The notes: a model not told the origin generated them from the letters alone. A stretch of DNA of 38,303 nucleotides from Dehalococcoidia bacterium UBA3088 (GCA_002367275.1 DFBE01000015.1:160-38462), one strand, 5' to 3'; counted from the stretch's first letter, positions 9,371 to 18,639 are shown. A program made the numbers and translations.

Positions 9371-10182
9371 GATTTCTCCCACATTTCCAGTGCCTTTTTC
9401 TCCTCATCCAGATATGCTCTCTGCCGCATCATGAGAAGGTCAAAGTCTACCAAATAGGCATCAAAATCGGGCCCATCAACGCAGGCAAACTTGGTTTCCC
9501 CTCCCACCTCCACCCTACAGCAGCCACACATCCCGGTTCCATCTACCATGATAGGATTGAGGCTGACCATAGTCTTGACGTCAAAGGGCTTGGTAGTGGC
9601 AGCACAAAACTTCATCATGATGACCGGGCCGACGGCGAACACGCGTTGTATCTTTTCCCTCTCCAATATTTCTTTAAGGGGCTGGGTCACCAATGCCTTT
9701 CTGCCATAGGAGCCATCATCAGTAGTGACAATTATCTCATCACTTACGCTTCTCATTTTGTCTTCCCAGAATAGAAGGTCCTTATTTCTGGACCCAATGA
9801 TGGAAATGACCGTATTCCTCTTCCTCTTGAGCTCTCGGGCAAGGGGAAATATAGGAGCAATACCTACGCCGCCTCCCACCACTATTACCCGTCCAAAGCT
9901 TTCTATCTCTGTGGGCTGGCCCAAAGGCCCCACAAAATCTGCTATGGAGTCTCCCGCACTGAGGGTAGCTAGCTTTTGGGTAGTCTTCCCTACCTCCATA
10001 AATACTATGGTGACAGTTTTCTCATCCCAGTCAGCGATGGTGAGGGGGATTCTCTCCCCTTTATCATCCATTCTCAGAATGATGAACTGGCCCGGCTTTG
10101 CCTTTTTGGCTATATCTTCTGCCTCCACTTTGAATAGATAGATGCCCGAGGCTAAATCCTCTCGAGAAGTTATACTATACAT
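9355..10182 (-). CDS. nfnA: NfnA/SudB small subunit (FAD, 2Fe-2S)
   Basis: GERIPLTIAD, GGGVGIAP, MVDGTGMCGCCRV...FACVDGPDFD. Confidence 0.9.
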   Translation of the reverse strand: MYSITSREDLASGIYLFKVEAEDIAKKAKPGQFIILRMDDKGERIPLTIADWDEKTVTIVFMEVGKTTQKLATLSAGDSIADFVGPLGQPTEIESFGRVIVVGGGVGIAPIFPLARELKRKRNTVISIIGSRNKDLLFWEDKMRSVSDEIIVTTDDGSYGRKALVTQPLKEILEREKIQRVFAVGPVIMMKFCAATTKPFDVKTMVSLNPIMVDGTGMCGCCRVEVGGETKFACVDGPDFDAYLVDFDLLMMRQRAYLDEEKKALEMWEKSCPKS

Positions 10183-10240
10183 CAGCCACCAATTTTACCA
10201 TCTCTTGCTTAATTACTCAACCTAGCATTAAAATTAAGCC

Positions 10241-10996
10241 ATGTCAGGTCATTCTAAATGGTCCCAGATTAAGCGCCAAAAAGGGGTAAGCGACCAGAGA
10301 AGAGGTCAGCTATTCACCAAGCTGATACGGGAGATTGCCATTGCTGTGCATGAGGGGGGAGGGGACCCCACTCAAAACGCCCACCTTCGCCTGGTAATAC
10401 AGAAGGCCAGGGAGAACAACATGCCCCTGGAGAACATTGAGAGAACCATAAAACGAGCTTCAGGATCGAGTGAGGGAGCATCCCTCTTGGAAGCTACGGT
10501 TGAGGGGTATGGGCCGGGTGGGGTAGCCGTCCTGGTCAGGGTGTTGACCGACAACCGGAATCGGGCTCTCCAGGAAGTAAGAAGGGTATTTTATCGTGAT
10601 GGAGGAAGCATGGGGGAGGCAGGATGTGTGGCCTGGATGTTTGAACCCAAGGGGATGGTTATCATAGATAAAGGGGGGATAGATGCTGAGGAGATAGCTC
10701 TGTTAGCGATCGATGCTGGGGCTGAAGATGTGAGCATAGAGAAGGATTATGTGGAGGTTCGTACTGCCCCCCAGCAGCTAGAGAAGGTATACCAGTTGCT
10801 TCAACAAAAGGAGTTGCCCATCACCTCCTCAGACATATCCATGCTTCCTAAAATGACCGTGAACCTGGACGAGAAGAAGGCTATAGAAGCAGTAAAGCTC
10901 ATAGATAGGCTAGATGAGTTGGATGATGTACAGCGGGTATTCTCCAACATTGATTTCTCGGAAGAGGTAGCCGAGAGGTTGAAGGCACAGGCTTGA
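10241..10996 (+). CDS. yebC: YebC/PmpR family protein
   Basis: MSGHSKW, EGYGPGG, TDNRNR, DDVQRVFSN. Confidence 0.96.
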   Translation: MSGHSKWSQIKRQKGVSDQRRGQLFTKLIREIAIAVHEGGGDPTQNAHLRLVIQKARENNMPLENIERTIKRASGSSEGASLLEATVEGYGPGGVAVLVRVLTDNRNRALQEVRRVFYRDGGSMGEAGCVAWMFEPKGMVIIDKGGIDAEEIALLAIDAGAEDVSIEKDYVEVRTAPQQLEKVYQLLQQKELPITSSDISMLPKMTVNLDEKKAIEAVKLIDRLDELDDVQRVFSNIDFSEEVAERLKAQA

Positions 10997-11487
10997 GAGT
11001 ACTAGGTATTGACCCGGGGACGGCAAAGCTAGGCTACGGAGTGATAGAAGGAAAAGAGGAGTTCAGGCTGGTCAACCTGGGGGTTTTGAGCCTTTCCTGT
11101 CATCTTCCTCTTGCTCAACGGATAAACTTGCTTTATCTCAAAATGCTTGAGATAGGTCGAGAGTTTTACCCTGACGAGGTGGCCATCGAGGAGCCCTTCT
11201 TCTCTCAGAACGCCCGCTCAGCGCTGACTATAGGAAGGGCAGAGGCAGCTGCTATCCTGGCCTTTTCCCTTCAACATATACCCGTATGCGTTTACACTCC
11301 CACCCAGATAAAGATGGCAGTGACCAATTATGGGAGAAGCAGTAAAGAACAGGTACAGGAGATGGTGAGGCTGTTGCTAAGCCTTTCTGAGGCTCCTCCC
11401 AGTGATGCTGCTGATGCTCTAGCTTGCGCTATCTGTCATTGGCAACAAAAAAGGATAACTACTATTATTCATGATAGCCGAGGTTGA
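10993..11487 (+). CDS. ruvC: Holliday junction resolvase
   Basis: LGIDPG, VAIEE, DAADALACAICH. Confidence 0.96.
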   Translation: MRVLGIDPGTAKLGYGVIEGKEEFRLVNLGVLSLSCHLPLAQRINLLYLKMLEIGREFYPDEVAIEEPFFSQNARSALTIGRAEAAAILAFSLQHIPVCVYTPTQIKMAVTNYGRSSKEQVQEMVRLLLSLSEAPPSDAADALACAICHWQQKRITTIIHDSRG

Positions 11488-12043
11488 GGGAGAAGTCTCA
11501 TCCCGAGGAGGCACTTGGGTCATCGTAAAGGTGGACGGGATAAGCTTTCAGTTGTCAACTCCCTCCTCGGTGACAGAAGGACTAAAGGTGGGGGAGCGTG
11601 TTAAGCTCTATACCCACCTTCAGATAAGAGAAGATGGCATCTTCATGTATGGGTTTTCCTCACCTGAAGAGAGGGAGCTCTTTCAGATGGTCATGGGGGT
11701 TAACGGGATAGGGCCCAAAACTGCGCTTTCTATTCTTTCCCATTTAAGTCCTCAGGAACTAGGCTCGGCCATAGTAAAGGGAGATGCTGTCCTCTTAAGT
11801 CAGCTTTCGGGCTTAGGTGAAAAGATGTCTCATCGACTGATATTGGAGCTCAGGGAGAAGGTGAGCAGAAGATGGGCTTTAGCTTCAGACAACTCTGAGG
11901 TGATGGCGGCCCTTGTTTCCCTGGGCTACTCCTCTGCTGAGGCGAGCAGAGGAGTAGCCCTTCTTCCTCCTTCTGAACTTACCCTGGAGGAAAGGATAAG
12001 GACTGCTCTACAGCACTTGTCGGCGAGTTCTCCAAAGACTTAG
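11471..12043 (+). CDS. ruvA: Holliday junction branch migration protein
   Basis: IREDG..YGF, VNGIGPKTAL, ALVSLGYS. Confidence 0.95.
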   Translation: MIAEVEGEVSSRGGTWVIVKVDGISFQLSTPSSVTEGLKVGERVKLYTHLQIREDGIFMYGFSSPEERELFQMVMGVNGIGPKTALSILSHLSPQELGSAIVKGDAVLLSQLSGLGEKMSHRLILELREKVSRRWALASDNSEVMAALVSLGYSSAEASRGVALLPPSELTLEERIRTALQHLSASSPKT

Positions 12044-12044
12044 G

Positions 12045-12719
12045 ATGAAAGTAGTCTTAGTAAGCTACACCCCTGATTCTGAGCTTATAATTGCTTCTTC
12101 TGCTTCGGCTTCTTATGACAGTAAAAAAAATTTCACCCCGGAGTATGTATCCAGCTTTCTTAAGAACTTAGCCGAGAGGGGCCACCTTTCACCTTTTGAG
12201 CACGCCTCCTTTACCTTCGATATTCAGGGAATCAGCCGAGCCTGTAGCCATCAGCTGGTTAGACATAGGATCGGTGTAGCGTTTACCCAGCAGAGTCAGA
12301 GGTATACCAAGCTTACTGAGCCTCACTTTGTTACCCCATCCACCATCGAGCAAGGGTGGGAGGAAAGATATGCTGACCTTAGTCTGGCTTGTCATCGACT
12401 CTACCGGGAGATGGTAGAAGGAGGAATACCCATGGAAGATGCCAGGTACGTCCTTCCCCAATCTTTTGAGACCCGGATAGTGATGACGATGAATGCTCGG
12501 GAGTTGATAAATGCTTCAGAACTTCGCCTGTGCCAAAAGGCGCAGTGGGAGATCAGAGAGCTTTTTGAGAATCTAAGGTCGGAGGTAAAGAAGGTGGCCC
12601 CGGCCATCGAGCAGATGCTTAAACCCAAATGCTATCGCTTAGGCTTTTGCACTGAGAGCAAGAGTTGCGGTCTTTTCCCCACCAGAAATAAAGTTGAGAC
12701 TAAGAATGGAAGCAACTGA
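12045..12719 (+). CDS. thyX: FAD-dependent thymidylate synthase
   Basis: GHLSPFEH, RHR-x8-S (RHRIGVAFTQQSQRY), EDARYVLP, AQWEIR. Confidence 0.95.
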   Translation: MKVVLVSYTPDSELIIASSASASYDSKKNFTPEYVSSFLKNLAERGHLSPFEHASFTFDIQGISRACSHQLVRHRIGVAFTQQSQRYTKLTEPHFVTPSTIEQGWEERYADLSLACHRLYREMVEGGIPMEDARYVLPQSFETRIVMTMNARELINASELRLCQKAQWEIRELFENLRSEVKKVAPAIEQMLKPKCYRLGFCTESKSCGLFPTRNKVETKNGSN

Positions 12720-13539
12720 CTTTGGAATCACCCGGTGTGGGGATAGAGTATTCCACTGGGGAGAGAAAGCCTACATCATGGGGGTCATCAATACCAGCGT
12801 TGATTCCTTTTCCGGTGACGGTCTGGATGATATGGGGCTGATAGTAGAGAAGGCGAAAAGATTTGAGGCAGATGGAGCAGACATAATTGATATTGGGGGT
12901 GAATCTACCCGACCAGAAACCCACTCCTACTATCTCCCTCTAGAGGAGGAGGTAAAGCGCACCGTTCCCGTGATACAAAAGCTTAAAAAAGAGGTAAAGG
13001 TTCCCTTGAGCATTGATACCTATAAGGAGGAGGTAGCAAGAAGGGCAGTAGCCGTGGGGGTGGATATGATAAATGACATCTGGGGGCTAAGGCAGGAAGA
13101 GGGTATAGCCTCCCTGGCGGCTCAAGAGAGGATACCGTTGGTGCTCATGGCAAACCACCGGGGAAGAGAGTTAAAGGGAGGTATGGAGGAGGTTATACAG
13201 GACTTAAGCTCATGCATAAAGACCGCAGCCGCACTAGGAGTACCCCGGGAGAACATCATCCTCGACCCTGGGATAGGGTTTGGTAAGACAGCCCAGCAAA
13301 ATATGCTTATTCTACAACGTCTGGGGGAGATAAAAGCGCTGGGAAGGCCTATCCTGGTAGGTCCCTCACGTAAGTCCTTCATTACCTCCGTTCTGCCCCT
13401 TCCCCCGGCGGAGAGAATCGAGGGAACGGCCGCAGCAGTAGCCATATCCATATTCAATGGCGCCAACATCATCCGAGTACATGATGTAAAGGCGATATCC
13501 CGTGTGGCCAAGATAAGTGATGCCATCATTAGAGCATAA
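12706..13539 (+). CDS. folP: Dihydropteroate synthase
   Basis: IMGVIN..DSFS, DIGGESTRP, SIDT, DPGIGFGK, SRKSF, IRVHDV. Confidence 0.96.
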   Translation: MEATDFGITRCGDRVFHWGEKAYIMGVINTSVDSFSGDGLDDMGLIVEKAKRFEADGADIIDIGGESTRPETHSYYLPLEEEVKRTVPVIQKLKKEVKVPLSIDTYKEEVARRAVAVGVDMINDIWGLRQEEGIASLAAQERIPLVLMANHRGRELKGGMEEVIQDLSSCIKTAAALGVPRENIILDPGIGFGKTAQQNMLILQRLGEIKALGRPILVGPSRKSFITSVLPLPPAERIEGTAAAVAISIFNGANIIRVHDVKAISRVAKISDAIIRA

Positions 13540-14008
13540 GGTCTATCTTGGCTTAGGATCGAATCTGGGCAACCGCCTGGCTAACCTACTTTTTGCCATT
13601 GAGCTTCTACCGGGGAGGGCGGAGAGAATATCATCCATATATGAGAGCAAGCCCTGGGGCTTTGACCCCCAATCCCTGTTTTTGAACCTTGTCCTGCATT
13701 TTAAGACTCTTCTTTCGCCCCCCAACCTTCTCTCAGAGGCTAAAACGATTGAAAAGAGGCTGGGAAGAAAACCTGGCTTCCGCAATGGTCCCCGCCCTAT
13801 GGATATCGACATACTATTCTATGATGAGGAGACCATAGTTACAGAAAACCTCATACTTCCCCACCCCAGGATAGAGGAGAGGGCCTTTGTTCTCCTTCCC
13901 CTATGCGAAATAGCCCCCGACCTTATTCATCCTGTAAGGAAGAAAAGCATTCAGGAATTAACCACCAAAGTGAACAAGGAAGGTGTATGGGTATGGCATA
14001 TGAAGTGA
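13517..14008 (+). CDS. folK: 6-hydroxymethyl-7,8-dihydropterin pyrophosphokinase
   Basis: LGLGSNLG, GPRPMDIDIL, LPHPRIEERAFVL. Confidence 0.95.
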   Translation: MMPSLEHKVYLGLGSNLGNRLANLLFAIELLPGRAERISSIYESKPWGFDPQSLFLNLVLHFKTLLSPPNLLSEAKTIEKRLGRKPGFRNGPRPMDIDILFYDEETIVTENLILPHPRIEERAFVLLPLCEIAPDLIHPVRKKSIQELTTKVNKEGVWVWHMK

Positions 14009-14346
14009 TAATCAAGGGATACTTCGACGCTGCTCACTTCCTGCGAGGATATCCTGGCAAGTGCGAGAGGGTTCATGGGCACCGCTATGAGGCCATAGTC
14101 TCGGTTAAGGTGGAGGAGCTCTCGGAGATAGGCATAGCCTACGACTTCTCTGTATTACGGAGAAGGTTGAACGAAGTGATAGATAAGTTGGATCACACTC
14201 TCCTGAATGACACTCCTCCCTTCGATAGAATAAATCCCTCCGCAGAGAACATTGCCCGTTTCATATACCAGGAGCTTGATGAGCCTCATGCTTCTTCTGT
14301 CCAGGTGTGGGAATCACCCCAGAGTGGAGTGACTTATCATCCCTGA
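13993..14346 (+). CDS. queD: PTPS/QueD family protein with CExxHGH (PTPS-I/III type) motif
   Basis: FDAAH, KCERVHGH, LDH..LN, PSAENIA, VWES; start probably ATG 13993 or 13987. Confidence 0.88.
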   Translation: MAYEVIIKGYFDAAHFLRGYPGKCERVHGHRYEAIVSVKVEELSEIGIAYDFSVLRRRLNEVIDKLDHTLLNDTPPFDRINPSAENIARFIYQELDEPHASSVQVWESPQSGVTYHP

Positions 14347-14366
14347 GAAATTTCAGGCTATTTTTA

Positions 14367-15359
14367 TCAGTACAGGCGAGCCAGAAAGCTGCTTAAGATT
14401 TCGGTAGAAAAATTGATCCAGGGAATAACCTTTTTGTAGTACATTCTGGTGGGGCCAACCACACTCAGTGTTCCCCTTCCCCCCTGGGGAACAGTGTAAC
14501 TTCCTACTACCAGGCTTAAGTTGTGCAAGACATAATCTTCATTCTCATGGCCGATGCTTATCTTTATCTTCTGTGATGGACCTAAAACATCCTCCCATAA
14601 TTCTTTTTCTTCCCATACTTCTACCAGAGGCAGCATTTCTTTATGGCTAAACTCCGGTTGGCTTAGCAGGTAGCTCAACCCACTCACCCAGACTTTCTCA
14701 CTTTTGGCCTCTTCCCCCTGCATTAACTGAGCTATACTGCCAACCACCCTACCTTCCAGGGGAGAGAAATCTTCCTCTGAGGATAGAATATCACTCCAGG
14801 TGCAACCAGAGTAGAGGTAGTTTATCTTATTGGATATGAGGTCAAGATCATCCTGGGGGACGGATCTATCCAAGGAGATGAGCTGCTTTTTGATCCTGGC
14901 CCCGGTGAGCACCAGGATAAGCAGAGCCAGAAACTCCTGAAAGGATATCAGGCTTATATGTTTGAGGAAGAGCCTTCCTCGAGGTGGAGTAACCAGGATA
15001 AGATAGCCTATCCTTCGAGCTAAGGCCTGAGCTATCTGCTCTAACCACTCCTCAAACCCCTCCACATTGGTGAGAAGGATGGCCTGGGCTGTCTCCTCTT
15101 TCTCCTTCTCAGAGACATCATCTACTTCCAAAAGATGTTCTACGTAGTAGCGATAGCCCTTATCGGAGGGAATTCCTCCGGCTGAGATATGGGGTCGATA
15201 GATGTATCCCTCATCTTCCAAAGAAGCAAGCTCATTTCTTACCGTGGCTGAGCTTACTTCAACATGGGGCGATATACGGCCCGAAGCCACTGGTGAGCAG
15301 GTAGCGATGTACCCCTCTACTACATCTTTCAATACCAATTTTTTCCTGGGTGATAACAT
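14367..15359 (-). CDS. hrcA: Heat-inducible transcriptional repressor
   Basis: SSATVRNE...PHISAGGIPSDKGYRYYV and C-terminal VVGPTRM. Confidence 0.93.
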   Translation of the reverse strand: MLSPRKKLVLKDVVEGYIATCSPVASGRISPHVEVSSATVRNELASLEDEGYIYRPHISAGGIPSDKGYRYYVEHLLEVDDVSEKEKEETAQAILLTNVEGFEEWLEQIAQALARRIGYLILVTPPRGRLFLKHISLISFQEFLALLILVLTGARIKKQLISLDRSVPQDDLDLISNKINYLYSGCTWSDILSSEEDFSPLEGRVVGSIAQLMQGEEAKSEKVWVSGLSYLLSQPEFSHKEMLPLVEVWEEKELWEDVLGPSQKIKISIGHENEDYVLHNLSLVVGSYTVPQGGRGTLSVVGPTRMYYKKVIPWINFSTEILSSFLARLY

Positions 15360-15387
15360 AAGTAACCTCGCTCAAGGCTATCTCAGG

Positions 15388-16023
15388 TCAGCCCTCCTTC
15401 ACCTCCAATTTCACATCATAGATGAAATTCCTTGCTCCGCACAGGAAATAGAAATATCCCTTCCCTCCGGCATCCACCACCCCTGCTTCATCGAGCTGGG
15501 GAAGAAGCCTGGGTGTCCTTTCCACTGTCTCTTTGGCCTTGGATACTACTTCCTTTATCACTTCTCGGAGGTCATCTCGCCTCTCCGCTACCCAGATGGC
15601 ATGGTCACCTACTTCGCGAGCTACAGTAAGGATAGTTCCCTCAACGGGGTGGGCGATGGTTTGATATGCTGTCTCTGAAGCTAGCTTGAGTGACCGAGCA
15701 AAATCCCGGCCGGAGAACTTTTCCTTCATCTCCATCGCTTTAGCCATTCCCTTGAGTATCTGTGACAGGATGACGCCTGAGTTTCCCCGGGCTCCAAATA
15801 GGGCCCCTCGAGAGGCCTGAGCAGATATTACTTCCGCCGATGTAGTGTTTAGCTTCCCTATCTCTTCATTGGCTGCCCTGATGGTAGCCAGCATGTTATT
15901 ACCTGTATCACCGTCAGGAACAGGAAAGACATTCAGGCGGTTGAGCTCTCCTGCATGCTTTCTTATGCATCTCTCTGCCTCTTTGAATATCCCCTTTAGT
16001 GTAGAGCCACTATACTCACTCAT
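15388..16023 (-). CDS. DAK2-domain protein (FakA kinase N-domain only)
   Basis: LNVFPVPDGDTGNNM, GARGNSGVILSQ, PVEGTILTV, GVVDAGG; ends right after the DAK2 domain; start ATG 16023 overlaps the degV end. Confidence 0.88.
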   Translation of the reverse strand: MSEYSGSTLKGIFKEAERCIRKHAGELNRLNVFPVPDGDTGNNMLATIRAANEEIGKLNTTSAEVISAQASRGALFGARGNSGVILSQILKGMAKAMEMKEKFSGRDFARSLKLASETAYQTIAHPVEGTILTVAREVGDHAIWVAERRDDLREVIKEVVSKAKETVERTPRLLPQLDEAGVVDAGGKGYFYFLCGARNFIYDVKLEVKEG

Positions 16024-16855
16024 TGTAAAAGGCAACCCCCAGAGTATCCGGTCCACTATGTGCTCCCAGCACTGGTGTGAGTGGTGTCATCCACAGCTCA
16101 GCACAGCTAAATCTGGCTTTAATCTTTTCCTGCAATCTATCCGCCTTTTGGGGTAGGCCTCCATACATTACAGCGACATGAAGCGGGGTAGGGATCAGGT
16201 TATCTTTCATTATCCGTAATAACCTCTCATCTGCTTCATCATGGTCTGCTGTTCCATCAGCAAGCTTTATCAGTCCTTCCCTCATGGTAACCACAGGACG
16301 CATCTGGGCTGCCTGCTCTGCACTGCCTTCAGAAAACCTCCCCCCTCTCCTCAGGTAGTCTAGATTCTCCAGAGCCACAAACCCCTTTACTTTGGACATA
16401 ACATTCTTGGCTGCTTCCACTACCTCATTCATATTTTCTCCCTGGTCTGCGGCTTGGGCAGCGGCGATAGCAATAAAGCCCAGCGCCGAAGTAGTGAATT
16501 GAGAGTCGACGATTTCGATGGGGACATCGGCAGCATCCCTGACCGTAAGTGCAGCGCTATAAGCGGCACTGATCTTGCTGGATAAGAATATAATCACCAT
16601 ACCTTCTACTTTTCCTCGCAGCTTATCGAAGATGGAAATGAGCTCACCCTGCATTGCTCCCGAGGTACCTAAGGAGAATTTTGTGCTTGGCCCACGCAAA
16701 CGGGCATAGAATTCTTCTACCGTGATGTCTATCCCATCCCTGTATTCCACATCATCTATAATTAAGTGTATAGGGGCAACATGAATATGGTATTTCTCTG
16801 CCACTTCTGGAGGAATGCAGGAACTACTGTCGGTGACTACTGCTATATGGCTCAT
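16016..16855 (-). CDS. DegV/FakB fatty-acid-binding protein
   Basis: VVTDSS, YRDGID, LSSKISAAY, VDSQ, YLRRGGR, HSGP. Confidence 0.92.
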   Translation of the reverse strand: MSHIAVVTDSSSCIPPEVAEKYHIHVAPIHLIIDDVEYRDGIDITVEEFYARLRGPSTKFSLGTSGAMQGELISIFDKLRGKVEGMVIIFLSSKISAAYSAALTVRDAADVPIEIVDSQFTTSALGFIAIAAAQAADQGENMNEVVEAAKNVMSKVKGFVALENLDYLRRGGRFSEGSAEQAAQMRPVVTMREGLIKLADGTADHDEADERLLRIMKDNLIPTPLHVAVMYGGLPQKADRLQEKIKARFSCAELWMTPLTPVLGAHSGPDTLGVAFYNE

Positions 16856-16958
16856 TCCCTTTCAAATCCTCATTTTACACCCTATTTTCTGCATCCACAA
16901 GGATGCGAATTGCCTCATAACTGTTGTTATCGAACTTTTCATATAAACATTCAACATT

Positions 16959-17327
16959 CTATCTGCCTTGACCTTCGGACTTGATAAATCTATCTGCCCT
17001 CCGTCTGGAAATCCTTTTTCCGGTGGTAGCCAGATAATTATCAGTCCAGAGAGAAGGCATCTTTTTTAATTCAGGAAAATCACTCCGTAGTGGTTGGTAG
17101 GCTGATTTCTTGAACCCGAGCACCAGGTCGTGAGGGGCAATCCTTGAGCCTGTTGACACATACAAGTAAACACAGTTGGGTTGTATATCCATGGTTAGAA
17201 TTTCTATTCCTTTTGTCTGGGCAAAGTTGAGAAAGAGCTCCCTTAACCTCCGCTCAACATCATCTACCAGGACTGGCTTCTTCCTCTTAGTACACCAGAC
17301 GAGATGGTAATTTATCATATTGTCCAT
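16959..17327 (-). CDS. IS200/IS605 TnpA (Y1) homologue lacking catalytic residues
   Basis: YHLVWCTKRKKPVL and PSLWT..Y...TTG match TnpA. HUH reads CVY (QPNCVYL versus PDHVHL) and catalytic YxxxQ reads FIKSE. No tnpB adjacent. Confidence 0.82.
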   Translation of the reverse strand: MDNMINYHLVWCTKRKKPVLVDDVERRLRELFLNFAQTKGIEILTMDIQPNCVYLYVSTGSRIAPHDLVLGFKKSAYQPLRSDFPELKKMPSLWTDNYLATTGKRISRRRADRFIKSEGQGR

Positions 17328-17333
17328 GCTTTC

Positions 17334-17363
17334 ATTCTATAGAAATTTCAATGTTTATGTCAA
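17334..17363 (-). promoter_or_regulatory. sigma70-type promoter, probably giving a leaderless mRNA, for the TnpA-like gene
   Basis: Minus strand TTGACA (17363-17358)-18 nt-TAGAAT (17339-17334)-6 nt-ATG. Confidence 0.7.
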
Positions 17364-17377
17364 TAACCTAAAAACTC

Positions 17378-17397
17378 GAAATGAATTATTTCATTTC
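17378..17397. promoter_or_regulatory. Perfect inverted repeat, candidate operator or IS end hairpin
   Basis: GAAATGAA-TTAT-TTCATTTC just upstream of the -35 box. Confidence 0.45.
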
Positions 17398-17495
17398 TAA
17401 AACAATACCTGGAAAATTAAAATATAGATTTCTGCACAAATCATCGAACAGTCCAGAACGTACCACTGAGTCAAGTATTACGTAGCCCTGCCTCC

Positions 17496-18581
17496 TTATT
17501 GCCATGTCTTAAGACGTTTAAAGGCACCAAGTTTTTCCCTGTCTCCAATTCTGGCTTTGTCTAGAGCCTGAATGAGGAACTGGATGCTATTATCGTACGT
17601 TTTTCTATCCACAGGATAGGGGTGACCATCCTTGCCACCATGGGCGAAGCTATACCTTGCTGGATCACGTAAGCTGACCGGTGTATCATACACCAACTCT
17701 GAAATAAGACCTAAAGCACGAAGCGTCTTCGGCCCTACACCTTCAAGCCCGAGTAATGACTCAAAATTTTTCGGCTGGCGTTCATAAGCAGTGGTAAAGA
17801 TCTTACCTAATCTCTCAGGATGGATATCCTCAAGGGTGATGTAAGGTCGCCGAGGTAGGCTTAGTGTTTTCAGCTTAGTTAGCTGAGATACAATTTTATC
17901 CGGTTCTTCTTCAGTGGCAATATGAGCAATGACATCCCTTGCCTTTGAGCTTTCCAAAGCCACCAGATTCAATGCCTCACCTCTACACTGTGAGCAAATG
18001 GCAGACTGGGGCTCGCAAACAAAATCACTGACCTTCTCCCCCAGCCAGTGGTACCTCCGGGCATAGCGGTTAAATTCGTTCATCCCCTGTTGAATGACCG
18101 CCCAGGAGCCGCTGGTAGTGAAAAAGAAAGTGTGGTGGTAAAGCTGATAGCCATCCTGAAGAGCCGAGCTATCTACCTTGGCTGACATCCTGCTGGCATA
18201 AATCAGAGGTGATGGATCCGCCTTTAACAGATATCCAAAGTCCTCTATCTCTGCGGGAGTCTTCCGTGAAGTCCTTCCCTTGCCACCAGCAATAAACAGG
18301 CCAAGGTCTTTTTCCAAGCCTTTTAGCCCTTCCTTCAAGGCACCGCAGACAGTGGTGGTAACACCGCTGGAATGCCAATCGTAGCCCAGAACACAGCCAA
18401 AGGCTTGAAACCAGTAGGGGTCGGAAAGGCGGCGAAGCATCTCCTGAGCCCCAAATTCATCAATAACGACAACGGTAATCTCCCGAGCCAGTTGACACAT
18501 CCGCCCGAACAGCCATGGAGGCACCTTACCATAATGTAAGGGCAGATTGGCAATCCCAGTTCTTTGCCCAAGACCACTCAT
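17496..18581 (-). CDS. DUF763 family protein
   Basis: LPLHYGKVPPWL, DPYWFQ, DWHSSGVTT, SAKVDSSALQDGY, FAHGGKDGHPYPV; HhH-like LEGVGPKT. Confidence 0.85.
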   Translation of the reverse strand: MSGLGQRTGIANLPLHYGKVPPWLFGRMCQLAREITVVVIDEFGAQEMLRRLSDPYWFQAFGCVLGYDWHSSGVTTTVCGALKEGLKGLEKDLGLFIAGGKGRTSRKTPAEIEDFGYLLKADPSPLIYASRMSAKVDSSALQDGYQLYHHTFFFTTSGSWAVIQQGMNEFNRYARRYHWLGEKVSDFVCEPQSAICSQCRGEALNLVALESSKARDVIAHIATEEEPDKIVSQLTKLKTLSLPRRPYITLEDIHPERLGKIFTTAYERQPKNFESLLGLEGVGPKTLRALGLISELVYDTPVSLRDPARYSFAHGGKDGHPYPVDRKTYDNSIQFLIQALDKARIGDREKLGAFKRLKTWQ

Positions 18582-18639
18582 TTTCTAACCTGGAAACATT
18601 ATATAACAGATTTAGCAGCACAATGCTTACCCTCCCCCA

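Noticed and set aside
10993-12043. Missing ruvB as a novelty
   Set aside because: ruvB is often encoded elsewhere; its absence cannot be judged from one window.
16959-17327. Active IS200/IS605 element
   Set aside because: The HUH and catalytic Tyr are absent, there is no tnpB, and I could not define element ends with confidence.
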